In this document: one piece after another, positions 49,201 to 56,239 of the stretch | Position numbering within the stretch: position 1 is the first letter of the stretch | Layout of the letters: every line of letters begins with the position of its first letter | NCBI GenBank assembly: GCA_937899395.1 | Contig: CALBPU010000181.1 | Location: 4,297 to 68,296, forward strand | Reading direction: 5' to 3' | Length of the DNA stretch: 64,000 nucleotides | DNA from: an uncultured Fretibacterium sp. | GTDB taxonomy: Bacteria; Synergistota; Synergistia; Synergistales; Aminobacteriaceae | The notes under the pieces: model-generated | The model's database searches: none | What the model saw: only the letters and a program-made list of their open reading frames with translations | What the model was told of the DNA's origin: nothing | Program-made: the position numbers and the translations under genes

Positions 49201-49739
49201 AAAGCTTTATAACCATTTTCGTCATTATCTTCAGTTCCAAAGTAAATCGTTCCATCTTTAGCTCTGAACCATGGGCCTGTGCAGTAAATACCGAACGCAT
49301 TGCGTGAACGGCTTCCGGTTTTGTTCTCACCGTTGTAGATTAATGCGTTTGTCTCTGTGGCATAAGTCCCCTGATAAACGTACAGCGTTACCGTTTGTCC
49401 GTCGACCTTGAAGGCTTGCAGCTTGACCTGTCCATAATCGGGTGTCTGTGTACCGCGATCTTCCAGTGTGTAAATATTCTGGTAGTTCCCAGCGTTCAGC
49501 CCTGCGAGATCCACACCGTCATTGTAAACGATCTCAACCTGCGTAAGACCTTGCCCGTAAGGGGTCATGTCTGTTGTTGCCTGCAAGCTTTTGACATCGT
49601 TAACAGTAAGGGTTGTCGCATCTCTTACAGCAGCTAATGACATAGAAGCTAACGCAAGAATAACAACAACTGCTAATAAAAACAACGAATAACCTTTTGA
49701 AAAACGTTTCCTTTTCAAAGAAACATCTCTCCTTTCCAA
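46242..49739 (-). CDS. Secreted tandem-duplicated alpha/beta-hydrolase (esterase-like, each half preceded by a beta-rich N-domain) with Synerg-CTERM-like sorting signal
   Basis: Signal peptide ...LALASMSLAAV. The two halves are paralogous (VEIVYNDGVDLAGL.. / VEIVYKSGTDLTGV..). Nucleophile elbows are HGNSRST and VGNSQGT. WGESDHS and WGETDHS give conserved His motifs. The C-terminus GSSGSGCNSGLGFSAMFCLAFYLISRKKH reads as motif + TM helix + basic cluster. Confidence 0.75.
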   Translation of the reverse strand: MERRDVSLKRKRFSKGYSLFLLAVVVILALASMSLAAVRDATTLTVNDVKSLQATTDMTPYGQGLTQVEIVYNDGVDLAGLNAGNYQNIYTLEDRGTQTPDYGQVKLQAFKVDGQTVTLYVYQGTYATETNALIYNGENKTGSRSRNAFGIYCTGPWFRAKDGTIYFGTEDNDENGYKALPANLRTMRLSGYQKRESLELRLRHAGDTEGTYLSLVDNNGKYTANNKWLETQDIGFNTDDGRGTLKSFEELGIQIESTGASLTKAVKDNYVRGFLYQPKDFDASKKYPLVFTFTGDGTSFWILEDGTNNFGTGVMYDAATTAWLGEEAIVVNVHDRSAIGASYYEDGKSCQDLDYDYVVDDVKVMKYMIDNYSVDPAKIIIHGNSRSTMAASTIIQALAGQPYTNDQDAMTWGSSERTRTLDKDTYNFTIGTFLCNNGLFGGPTSGYALWTADDRLAIAKTGLRAWIFDAEQDFNNINAVEEQTAAYEKAGMDDAWISENLRLTAFPSEPFYYWGESDHSTTRINYWYFGEAKNGRGIYYGSDCDVVDGVLTYDEKTAIGDTYEVVTRGVRTTGGDQGKKDGHEYIVYGDNFINWALGKSSAPSASEIESIQAIAEACFYGYKVGKVEIVYKSGTDLTGVKLTDYAVYDRGFNNPEFGAMKITDISVEGNKVTLTVDSQTTDKVTDRSRETYGTLCTSSAWYIDTEGKLHYGSEEKNDALGVTIYPNKLNKGLQRRENLDLVLCVGGASVKDGIASTNGVGKMLSNTPWKETILTDDLDKVELVMVNIGRDAESYDLINEAQGTEKCVPVFVIWPDNYDANRANPYPIVDYQTGGGVCYWEVVDGKGSDGRSYDGETDANNPGCNTVYDVMMTEWHRQYPDAIIMSVNVHSNNTENAAAEIASVMDYAVQNWNADVDNITLVGNSQGTIIASDVVRQRPDLINAYVECNGNFGMMVSSTEDMEAMDGTVEHSSFQQWTEAEVNAMIENEVSTWMFNGETDGANPAVAQDTYNVLTALYKEAGKSDEWIDKHVHISGLLSWQFKAWGETDHSVTKVVAWKYLGKPYNDPNGTTASGTYTFGGEETNQPNYIYPLYKPMTEFEYTIYNDSVAEWVKNLNVEIDDELETDPDDENKSTLGSSGSGCNSGLGFSAMFCLAFYLISRKKH

Positions 49740-49856
49740 TAAAATTTTTAAGAATAATTTAGTGATATTTTAATTATATACATAACCATAACTTTTACAA
49801 GACTAAGCATAATTTTCAGTAATTACACTTATGAAGCGTTTATCAGACAGAAATTG

Positions 49857-50927
49857 CTAAACTCTTAATTTTTCGGCTATGTCTTTCGCACTTGGAGGAC
49901 AGCCTTTTACATTACGAGATGAATTTTTACAGCAATTCCCGATCCCTAATGCTCCGTCGGGAATTGTTTTGTTTTTCCAGCCCTGACCGATATAAATATT
50001 TTCCCTCAAACCTCTTCCATTAACGTTTAATGCTCTCACTAAACTTGCATAACAAGCTGAACATGCCGAATCTTCATGGACATTCTTAATTAATTTCGCA
50101 ACAGTTCCTGAAGGACGTGAAATTTTTGCGGAATGTTCGGGTTCATTGAGGTTGATAATATTTTCAGATGAAAATTTTGTTGAGCCTGCACCGAATTTTT
50201 CAGCGAGTTTTATATAAGGCACGTCATCTAAATCAAGTCCCATTAAACTACAGCCGAAAGAATCAATCATTACAGGGTCAGTTCCTAAATACATTCTATT
50301 AGTTTGAACAGGATTGCCTCCTTCTTCAAAATCCAAATCTCCGCAAATACTGTCAACAATAATTAAGCCTGTTTTTAATACAGCACCAAGAGCAGCGATT
50401 GGTTTTGTGAGACCGAGCGAATGAAATCTTCGTTTTTCTCTATCAGGCAGACAGCCTTTCAAATTTTTTAGCGCACATGTCATTACGGTTTGACAATGTC
50501 CTTTTAAGACGGGAAGATTTACAAGCAAGCCCGCATCTAAAGCACGTGAACAAATTTCCATTGATCCTATTTCAGTTTGAAGAGTTTTAGTTTTGTCTTT
50601 TTTCAGATCGAAAAATGGGACATTATATTTTTCACAGACTTTATCATAACCTGCTCGTTTCATAGCTCTCATTGTGTCAGCAGCAACCCAGCTTCCTTCA
50701 ATAACGCTAATATCTTTAACGCCGTTATCCATGAAATATTCAATGCAGCTGCTTAAAACTCCTGCATGAGTAGTAGCTCCGTTATCAGGTGTACCTGCAA
50801 CAACAAGGTTAGGTTTCAAAGCAACATTTCCGCCTGAAGGGACGAGATTTATTGCATTAGATTCTTCGAGGAGTTTTTTTGTCATCGAATGCGAATCTGT
50901 TCCGTAAATGTTAAAAATTTTGTTCAT
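49857..50927 (-). CDS. DUF362-domain protein with C-terminal Cys cluster
   Basis: VALKPNLV..., LPVLKGHCQTVMTCALKNLKGC, IVDSICGD and TDPVMIDSFG fit the DUF362 pattern. The C-terminus has CSACYASL ... GNCCK ... GCPP. Confidence 0.7.
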   Translation of the reverse strand: MNKIFNIYGTDSHSMTKKLLEESNAINLVPSGGNVALKPNLVVAGTPDNGATTHAGVLSSCIEYFMDNGVKDISVIEGSWVAADTMRAMKRAGYDKVCEKYNVPFFDLKKDKTKTLQTEIGSMEICSRALDAGLLVNLPVLKGHCQTVMTCALKNLKGCLPDREKRRFHSLGLTKPIAALGAVLKTGLIIVDSICGDLDFEEGGNPVQTNRMYLGTDPVMIDSFGCSLMGLDLDDVPYIKLAEKFGAGSTKFSSENIINLNEPEHSAKISRPSGTVAKLIKNVHEDSACSACYASLVRALNVNGRGLRENIYIGQGWKNKTIPDGALGIGNCCKNSSRNVKGCPPSAKDIAEKLRV

Positions 50928-50981
50928 GATTATTCATTTCTCCTTTATAATATAATAATTATACAAATTCTATAACAGGAT

Positions 50982-51314
50982 GTGATTGAAATTAATAGCT
51001 TAAAATTTTTGTATTGTAAATCTCGTGAAGCATCGGCTATGGGTTTTATCAGCGAGAACGGTTTTACGGTTTTAAAAGATTCAAAAGTTTCGTATAATAT
51101 TGTTCCATCTTTTTCAAAACATAATCCAGGATACTATAATTTAAGAATAAAGTTGGAGAATAACGGGATAATATTTTCAGGAACTTTTCAAAATGATTAT
51201 GAATTTTCCGCTCCTTCTGCAGCTTCATCAGTAGTTTTGGGGAGGTCTTCAAATGGACGCATCGATTGGAAAGATGAAAACGGAAGAATTTTGAGGGAAT
51301 TAATAGAAGATTAA
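50982..51314 (+). CDS. Stand-alone DUF4357-like protein
   Basis: GFTVLKDSKVS...F.NDYEFSAPSAASSVVLGRSSNGRIDWKDENGRIL matches the DUF4357 pattern that usually forms the C-terminus of GIY-YIG-containing proteins. No nuclease domain is present. The start is uncertain (GTG 50982 or ATG 51039). The 3' end overlaps mpg by 4 nt. Confidence 0.55.
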   Translation: MIEINSLKFLYCKSREASAMGFISENGFTVLKDSKVSYNIVPSFSKHNPGYYNLRIKLENNGIIFSGTFQNDYEFSAPSAASSVVLGRSSNGRIDWKDENGRILRELIED

Positions 51315-51895
51315 ACTTTTGAAACAAATTTATTTCCTTCAATAAAGTATCGCCATAAAAAATTTTTACATTCTTCAGCGTAATCAATATTAATTCTCGG
51401 AGATGTAATAATGTTCATGGCCGAATTTTTGTTATTTTTGTTATCTAAAATGTAAATATTATTTCCGCATAAATCTTCTCCGTAATTTTCTTTCGTAATG
51501 TTTAACGCTTGACATAATTTTCCAGGCCCATTGCATAAATTTATAAGTTTTTCAGTTTTTCGTCTTTCTTTCATTATCTCAATTCCCTCTAAAGGTTCTA
51601 AAGCACGAACCAATACAGCTTCGGGTTTGTCGTTAGAATTTGCGGTTACGTTGAAGCAGTAATACATTCCGTAAATCATGTATATATAAGCATAACCGCC
51701 TTCACGAAATTGAATTTCGGTTCTCGAAGTCCGTTTGTTGTTATAAGTATGAGCTGCTTTATCTTCAGGGCCTTTATATGCTTCAACCTCGACAATAATT
51801 CCCGATGTTTCACCATGCACAAGAATTTTCCCGATTAAATCACGTGCAACTATATTTACATCTCTGAGATAAAAATCACGGTTTATTTTTTTCAT
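51311..51895 (-). CDS. mpg: DNA-3-methyladenine glycosylase (Mpg/AAG family)
   Basis: FYLRDVNIVARDLIGKIL...GIIVEVEAYKGPEDKAAHTYNNKRTSRT..F..GGYAYIYMIYGMYYCFNV...VLVRALEP...GPGKLCQAL. Confidence 0.85.
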   Translation of the reverse strand: MKKINRDFYLRDVNIVARDLIGKILVHGETSGIIVEVEAYKGPEDKAAHTYNNKRTSRTEIQFREGGYAYIYMIYGMYYCFNVTANSNDKPEAVLVRALEPLEGIEIMKERRKTEKLINLCNGPGKLCQALNITKENYGEDLCGNNIYILDNKNNKNSAMNIITSPRINIDYAEECKNFLWRYFIEGNKFVSKV

Positions 51896-51978
51896 TTGAG
51901 AATTATAACATCTTGAATTTTTAACGGCTTTATGATAGAAATATTTTTTACAAAAAATTTTTCAAGGAGAAATTAAAA

Positions 51979-54900
51979 ATGAATAAGCGAAAAAAATTTA
52001 TGTCATTATTTTTATGGACTGTAATTTTTAGCGTGATGTTCGTTTCGTCAGGATTTTCGGAAGAGGCTTTGCAATATGCAACAGGTTATGTTAAACCGCC
52101 GATTGATTTTTCACACATCGGAAGGTCTACACCTGAACAGGAAAGATATTTCAAGGACAAAGCAAGCAATTTCCCCGTCAGTTATGACCTGAGAAAACTT
52201 AACAGAGTTAATAAGACTGTCGGAGATCAAAATCCTTACGGAACATGCTGGGCATTTGCTACACTCGGAGCAATGGAATCAAATTATATGACGCAAGGTT
52301 TAACATCTTTGGGAAGCAAGCCGAATTTATCCGAACTTCATTTAGCTTGGTTCGCTTACAAAGACCCGACACAGGGAAATTCATTTACTGTCAACAAAGA
52401 TAAAGCAATTTTGGATCAAAGCGGACAAGTATTAAAAGCTTCAGCTCTTTTGTCTCGAATGTCAAGCCCTGTAATTGAAAAATCAATGCCGTATTCAAAG
52501 GCAGGAACAAACAAAAAGAAATCCGACAGCGTAATGACAAAATATGTAGGAGATAAAGCACCTTCGGATTATTTCCCGTTAGCATTGAATTTGAAAGAAT
52601 GGCTTTTGCTAGGTTCAGTTAGTGATGATAACCGTGAAAAGCAAAAAGAAAATATCAAAAAAATGCTTTCAGTTTACGGTGCCGTACAGATAAGTTATTA
52701 TGCAGGTGAGGGTGCAACATCTCCTGAAGGAAGCACAACAGCGTATTTTGATAACTCTCACGGAACTGAAACAAATCATGGTGTTTTAATCGTAGGTTGG
52801 AACGATAATTTTTCCAAAACAAAATTCAACAAAACAAAATCAAAGAGACCTAAGAATAACGGAGCATGGATTGTAAAAAATTCATGGGGAAAAGATTGGG
52901 GCAACAGCGGTTATTTTTATATGTCGTATGAGCAGTTTATTGCAGATGCTTCTGTGTTCATTGTAGAAGAAGCTAAAACAGATGAAAAAGTTTATTATCA
53001 TGACGCTTTAGGTTTTGTTTCTTCTCACGGTTACGGAAAAAATACTCCTGCTTACGCCGCAAATGTTTTCAAAGCAACAGCAACTGAGGGAATAAGATCC
53101 GTAGGTGTTTACGCAACAGATGACAACACTAAATACGAAATATATATTTGCAACGATTTAGGAACTGCAAAACCTTCATCGCCCTTATCGGAAGATATAA
53201 AACGTGTAGCGTCAGGAACTTTTATGAATGCTGGCTATCATACTGTTGACCTTTTTCAGCATTTACTTGTAAAAAAGAATCGATATTTTTCTGTAATCGT
53301 AAAAATGACAACTCCGAATTCAGACAAGCCGATTGCAGTTGAACGTGTCGTAAAGGATTATTCTGACGGAGCTGTAATAAAATCAAAAGAGAGTTATTTT
53401 TCTTCTGATATGCTTACATGGACTGACGGCACAAAAATCAGAAACGATGAAAATAAAATCGCTAAGAGCAATGCCTGCATAAAAGTTTTCACGTTTTATG
53501 GTATTCCTATTGATGAAGCACATTTTCCTGATGAACAATTCAGAAATTGGGTAAGCAAAAATTGTGATTTTGATAAAGATGGTTATCTTAGCACTAAAGA
53601 AATTTTTCAAATTAAAAATGTCAGTGTCAGCAAGTGTAACATTGCAAATTTGAAGGGCATTGAATATTTTACAGCTATGAAAATGCTTTCCTGCAGTAAC
53701 AATAATATGACAAAATTGGATGTAAGCAAATGTAATGCTTTAGAAATACTCACTTGTAATAATAATAAATTGACAAGTTTGATAGTAAACAAAAATACTT
53801 TGCTTAAATATCTTGAGTGTACGCATAATCAGCTGATAAAAATAAATATTAGCAAATGTACCTCTTTGGAAACACTGTTTTGTGGCTATAATCAACTAAC
53901 AACTTTAACACTAAGCAATAATATTTCTCTCAAAAGACTTGACTGCGAATATAATCAACTAATAAAATTAAACGTCAGTAAGTGTAATGCTCTGGAGGAA
54001 CTTTATTGCTACAACAATCAACTCAATACCTTAACACTAGGTGATAACATTCTTCTTGAAAAAATTTTTTGCAATAATAACCAGATAACTAACTTAAATA
54101 TCAGCAAATGTACTGCACTAAAATCACTCCAGTGTAATGATAATCAAATGCAAGTCTTAACGATTGGAGTTAATATTGCTCTTGAAAGCCTTCATTGTCC
54201 TAATAATCAGCTCACAAAATTAAATGTAAGTAAATGTAAAGCTCTGGAATGGCTTTACTGCAATGACAATCAACTTAAAACTTTAACTCTTGGCAATAAC
54301 ATTCTGTTAAAATATTTTCAGTGCTACAATAACCAACTTACAAATTTAAACGTAAGCAAGTGCACTTCTCTAAAAATTCTAGGATGTTATAATAATCAAA
54401 TTAAGACATTAACGCTTGGTTTTAATATTGCTTTGGAAGAACTTTATTGCCACGACAATCAGTTGACAGCCTTAAATGTTAACAAGTGCAGTACTTTGAA
54501 AAAGCTTTATTGCTACGAGAACAACATAACAACATTAACGTTAGGTTCTAATACTGCTCTGAAATATATTCACTGTTATAGTAATAAGATAACAAATTTG
54601 AATGTCAGTAAATGTACTGCATTGAATACGTTGTATTGTCATGATAATAAATTAAAAACTATAACATTCGGACAAAATATTGCTTTGGAATATTTTTCTT
54701 GCGACGATAATCAACTTACAAAATTAGATGTCAGCAAATGTATTTCTTTAATTTCTCTTTCTTGCAGCAATAATCAACTTACAACATTAAAGTTAGGAAA
54801 CAATACAGCATATTCTATGTTCGTGTATTGTGTCAACAACAAACTTAAAAATATTGATGCATCAGGTTGTTTTAATGTTCACATTGTTGCTGATGAAGGA

Positions 54901-55338
54901 GTAAACATTACTTGGCCTTCATCAAAATCAAACTCCGCAAAATCATATTCATCGCAGAAATTTGACACTCAAACCCAAAATCACGGCGGCAATGAAAGCA
55001 GCGTGTTCAAAACCGCTTCACTGAAAATTTCGGACGATGATATTTTGTGGCAAGGTGAAAATCGTGATGAAGATTTGGTGAAAGTCCGAGCTAACATGCC
55101 CGTAACGTTTATTATCGGCGATTGGCTCAAATCTGACGGAACAAACGCAAATGTTTCTGTCGATAATATTCAAATTTTTGTCGATGATAAATTCGTTGAA
55201 GGTATTGAAATTTCTGATGAAAAAATCTTCACTCTTCCTGCTGAATTTGTGCATGATGATTTCAAAATCGGTGTTAAAGCAAAAATTCAGGGAAGCGAAT
55301 TTGAATCTGATGAGTTATATATCTCAGCTGAAAATTAA
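51979..55338 (+). CDS. Giant secreted protein: signal peptide, papain-family (C1) cysteine peptidase, beta-domain, LRR array of about 20 units, shared C-terminal domain
   Basis: Active-site context GDQNPYGTCWAFATLGAMES (Cys), NHGVLIVGWND (His), KNSWGKDWGNSGYFYMSY (Asn/Trp). The LRR cap is EAHFPDEQFRNWV, and the LRR array follows. The last 105 aa or so are homologous to the C-terminus of the 6110-9823 protein. Confidence 0.85.
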   Translation: MNKRKKFMSLFLWTVIFSVMFVSSGFSEEALQYATGYVKPPIDFSHIGRSTPEQERYFKDKASNFPVSYDLRKLNRVNKTVGDQNPYGTCWAFATLGAMESNYMTQGLTSLGSKPNLSELHLAWFAYKDPTQGNSFTVNKDKAILDQSGQVLKASALLSRMSSPVIEKSMPYSKAGTNKKKSDSVMTKYVGDKAPSDYFPLALNLKEWLLLGSVSDDNREKQKENIKKMLSVYGAVQISYYAGEGATSPEGSTTAYFDNSHGTETNHGVLIVGWNDNFSKTKFNKTKSKRPKNNGAWIVKNSWGKDWGNSGYFYMSYEQFIADASVFIVEEAKTDEKVYYHDALGFVSSHGYGKNTPAYAANVFKATATEGIRSVGVYATDDNTKYEIYICNDLGTAKPSSPLSEDIKRVASGTFMNAGYHTVDLFQHLLVKKNRYFSVIVKMTTPNSDKPIAVERVVKDYSDGAVIKSKESYFSSDMLTWTDGTKIRNDENKIAKSNACIKVFTFYGIPIDEAHFPDEQFRNWVSKNCDFDKDGYLSTKEIFQIKNVSVSKCNIANLKGIEYFTAMKMLSCSNNNMTKLDVSKCNALEILTCNNNKLTSLIVNKNTLLKYLECTHNQLIKINISKCTSLETLFCGYNQLTTLTLSNNISLKRLDCEYNQLIKLNVSKCNALEELYCYNNQLNTLTLGDNILLEKIFCNNNQITNLNISKCTALKSLQCNDNQMQVLTIGVNIALESLHCPNNQLTKLNVSKCKALEWLYCNDNQLKTLTLGNNILLKYFQCYNNQLTNLNVSKCTSLKILGCYNNQIKTLTLGFNIALEELYCHDNQLTALNVNKCSTLKKLYCYENNITTLTLGSNTALKYIHCYSNKITNLNVSKCTALNTLYCHDNKLKTITFGQNIALEYFSCDDNQLTKLDVSKCISLISLSCSNNQLTTLKLGNNTAYSMFVYCVNNKLKNIDASGCFNVHIVADEGVNITWPSSKSNSAKSYSSQKFDTQTQNHGGNESSVFKTASLKISDDDILWQGENRDEDLVKVRANMPVTFIIGDWLKSDGTNANVSVDNIQIFVDDKFVEGIEISDEKIFTLPAEFVHDDFKIGVKAKIQGSEFESDELYISAEN
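53641..54880 (+). repeat. Tandem 63-nt (21-aa) LRR coding repeats with a 126-nt super-period
   Basis: Units alternate between two types: L..L.C..NQLT.LNVSKC.. and L..L.C..NQL.TLTLG.NI.. For example, LEWLYCNDNQLKTLTLGNNIL then LKYFQCYNNQLTNLNVSKCTS. Confidence 0.75.
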
Positions 55339-55354
55339 TAACCCGCAATTAAAA

Positions 55355-55384
55355 AGAGCCTCTCGAAAGTGGGAGACTCTTTTA
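55355..55384. terminator. Imperfect hairpin terminator between convergent genes
   Basis: AGAGCCTCTC-GAAAGT-GGGAGACTCT followed by TTTATTTATT; the stem has two mismatches. Confidence 0.45.
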
Positions 55385-55395
55385 TTTATTATTTT

Positions 55396-56238
55396 TTACA
55401 GTTTATAGTTTATTAAAAGTGCTTCAATCATTGAATGTCTATTAATTTCTCTGGCTCCTAAATGATAAAAATGCTCGTGATTAATTTTTTTGCAGAAATT
55501 CCATATCGAATCAATATATTTGTTTGTTCTATAATTATTATAATCCCATGTAGAGAGCATAAATTTAGCCTCTATATTTCTCAAAATCCCGCAAAGTCTT
55601 TTCTCTGAATCTTCGTCCCAACTGTCATAATAATCAACATGACGGCCAATATATGGAGGATCGCAATAAATGAAGGAATCTTTATCCGAAATTTCTATTG
55701 TATTTTCAAATGATTGACATATAAATCTCCAATCATAAATTTTCAAGCATTCTTCGATATACCATACCTGATTAACTATTTTTGTAATATATGCCCTCGA
55801 AAATCTTAAAGGCTTATGTCCATAAGGTACATTGAATTTATAATCTTTATTAAACCGTATCATGCCGTTAAAGCATGACCTGTTCAAAAACAAAAAGTCT
55901 AAAGGATTATGAGTTTTGTTAAATCTTTCACGTACAGCATAATAATATTTTTCATCAAATTCAGCTAAATTTTTCCCCTGTTCTTGAAGAAATACTCTTA
56001 CAATTTCTGAATTAATTTTGCCTGATTTAACGGAGTTGTAAAAATTAATTATATGAGGATTTATATCAGCGAAAATTGCACGCTCCGGTCTGATATTAAA
56101 ACCAACTACACCGGAACCCATAAAAGGTTCAATCCATAAAGTTTTTTTATTTATTGAAATATTTTGTTTTATAACAGGAACTAATTTAGTTTTAATGCCC
56201 TGAATTTTTATCGGAGGGACAAAAATTTTTTCGCTCAT
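55396..56238 (-). CDS. Dam-family N6-adenine DNA methyltransferase, M.EcoRV-like
   Basis: FVPPIKIQGIKTKLVP, EPFMGSGVV (AdoMet site), NRSCFNGMIRFN, catalytic CDPPYIGRHVDYY. Similar along its length to M.EcoRV as I remember it. Confidence 0.9.
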   Translation of the reverse strand: MSEKIFVPPIKIQGIKTKLVPVIKQNISINKKTLWIEPFMGSGVVGFNIRPERAIFADINPHIINFYNSVKSGKINSEIVRVFLQEQGKNLAEFDEKYYYAVRERFNKTHNPLDFLFLNRSCFNGMIRFNKDYKFNVPYGHKPLRFSRAYITKIVNQVWYIEECLKIYDWRFICQSFENTIEISDKDSFIYCDPPYIGRHVDYYDSWDEDSEKRLCGILRNIEAKFMLSTWDYNNYRTNKYIDSIWNFCKKINHEHFYHLGAREINRHSMIEALLINYKL

Positions 56239-56239
56239 T

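Noticed and set aside
46242-49739. Higher GC of the esterase gene as evidence of horizontal transfer
   Set aside because: Hand counts of four 60-nt lines gave 29-31 G+C. A purA line gave 29 of 60 and a lysS line about 28 of 60, so the gene is within the range of core genes.
53641-54880. Regular 63-nt periodicity that could be mistaken for a CRISPR or satellite array
   Set aside because: The repeats are in frame within a long ORF and translate to canonical LRR units. There are no unique spacers and no cas genes.
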